This document shows, piece by piece, positions 47,891 through 49,808 of a stretch of DNA of 49,808 nucleotides. Origin of the DNA: Octopus bimaculoides (lineage: Eukaryota); assembly GCF_001194135.2 (NCBI RefSeq), contig NC_068987.1, positions 49,784,925 to 49,834,732 on the forward strand, given 5' to 3'. Under the pieces are notes generated by a model, which saw nothing but the letters and a program-made list of their open reading frames with translations, had not been told where the DNA came from and searched no databases. Made by a program: the position numbers and the translations under genes. Every line of letters begins with the position of its first letter. Position 1 is the stretch's first letter.

Positions 47891-49077
47891 AAGTAACTTA
47901 AAGGGGGAAAGGATAATGAGACCAAGTCTGAATGTTTATAATGGAAGTGATGTTGCTGAAAATACTAAAGAAGCATTTTGTCCCTGTTCTGGCATTTATG
48001 ATCTCATAAAAAAACATTTCTTATATTTGCAACATTGTGAGGTTGAACATCCTAAGTATGAAGCTTTTTGAATCAAAAAGTAATTGCCTGATATAGATTT
48101 ACAATCTACTGACTAAAGTTTTGACCACCTCACAAAGAATAACAATGCTTTTATTTATTTATTATAAAATTAAAAAACTTATTGTTTATTTTGACTTAAA
48201 ACTCTTTAAAAACAAACAAAATAAAACAACATTTTCTTTCAAGATCACAACTTTATATGCCCATATATCAAAATATATTACTGTTTTATTTAACTCTATT
48301 AAGCCAATTGTTTGAGAAAACAATTAGTTAAATAGTTTTAAATAATATTCTCTACATCCTCAGAAGGATGAAAAGTAAAGTCAGTCTCAGCAGATTTGAA
48401 CTTTGATACAACAAAATACAGTAAAAATATTTAGTCTGGTAGTTGCCACAACCCCAGCGAATGGTGTTAAACTAACTTTCTTGTTTGAAAAATGGTAAAA
48501 TAAAAGAATGAACATTTAAATGTAAAATTATTCTGAGTGTGTGTGTATATACTGAAGTGTGGATACATAAGTTTAAGTGTGTATGAGTGAATCCATGTAA
48601 AATTTTTCTCTTCCCCTTATAGTTTATATTTTAACATATATACATAAATATATGTATGTGTTTATATAGATATAAACATGTATATAGGTAGATATAGATA
48701 TTTATATACACATGAATAATTGCATGTTTTATTTACATATATGCATACACAAACACACGTGTGTGTGTTCATACATACATGTAGGGAAATAGAATGCTAT
48801 CACATATCAATAGTGAATCCGTTCAGATTGTGGCATATGGTTATAGGGAAATATGCCACAGTAACACATTATATCAAGTTTATAGTTCCTCCTCACCTAT
48901 CACAAAATATCTATGTACATATGAATGAATGTGTTTGTGTGTTCATTCATTCTAAATTGATACTGTATACTCTGAGTTTATTGTTACAACCTCAAATTCA
49001 AGACAACTGTTCGGATATTCTAGTTTCTAACAGCCACATAATTTCATCTAATTTCTAACCTTCTTGCTGTTAGTCAG

Positions 49078-49149
49078 CAGTTGGTTGGCTGCAACTATTT
49101 GCTGAAATTACAGTTGGTTGGCTGCAACTATTTGCTGAAATTACAGTTG
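49078..49149. repeat. Perfect 33-bp tandem duplication
   Basis: cagttggttggctgcaactatttgctgaaatta x2 plus cagttg. Confidence 0.95.
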
Positions 49150-49808
49150 ATTCTCTTCCCAAATGCTTATCAGCAAGGAACATTCTATCAACTTTAGTAA
49201 CTTGGGACTGGTTATAGAGTTGTTGGTTAGTGTGGCAGTTTGGTAAGGATTACTGCTATAATTGTTGTAGCCAAGACAGTTTTGGTAGTTTCAGATCCAG
49301 CTAGATATGGGATATTATACAAATAACCTCCAAAAATCTCCTAAATAGATATAAATTATTGAAAGATTGACTACATCAATATATATGTTGTTAGCAAACT
49401 AAAAACTTATTCAAAACAGGAAAAATTCCAAGTTTACAACATGGACTTTTATCTTATATTCAAAGCTAAACTACATTCAGGTAGAGTCTCTTACAGAAAC
49501 TGCTAGAATGCAGCAGCTGCCGAGATATATATTGTTATAGAGCTAAGTAAAATGACAAGGACAAAGAGCAATATACTTCTTCAAAAAATTGCCTGAGGAG
49601 ATACAATCTGCACCTGTGATGTAAGTCAAATGATTGCACAGCATCTCAACTGAGTCAAAACAACTGTAGTGGATTTGAAGAATCTCATGAATTCTATTTT
49701 TTGTCTCTAAACTATCTATCTATCTATATATATATCCATCTAAATATATATATATATATCCATCTAAATATATATATATATATCCATCTAAATATATATA
49801 TCTATATA

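Noticed and set aside
49540-49690. Possible decayed transposase N-terminus
   Set aside because: Too degenerate; no TIR or catalytic motif is visible.

Overview
AT-rich animal genomic DNA with seven assembly gaps. The repeat families suggest a coleoid cephalopod, probably Octopus (inference, not proven). One host gene is present: 13 coding exons (472..45025, + strand) covering about the 3' four-fifths of vitamin K-dependent gamma-glutamyl carboxylase (GGCX). All have GT-AG boundaries and splice into one open frame of about 603 codons plus stop; the first exons lie upstream of the window. The introns hold decayed mobile DNA: a pogo/Tigger element, a DD36E Tc1 element, a DD34D mariner, piggyBac-, hAT- and Tigger-type MITEs, RTE/CR1/RLE LINE fragments and several tRNA-SINE families, some nested. 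The most interesting signal is a set of Penelope-type, hammerhead-ribozyme-bearing short elements. The clearest is a head-to-head palindrome (4158..4672) of a tRNA-headed SINE with a minimal type I hammerhead, an 11-bp target duplication and a 34-nt unpaired tail. There is also a second palindrome of the same architecture (26968..27603) and an unrelated near-canonical hammerhead on the pre-mRNA strand (20378..20438). Repeat boundaries are approximate unless TIRs or TSDs are quoted. Human GGCX comparisons are from memory and need checking.
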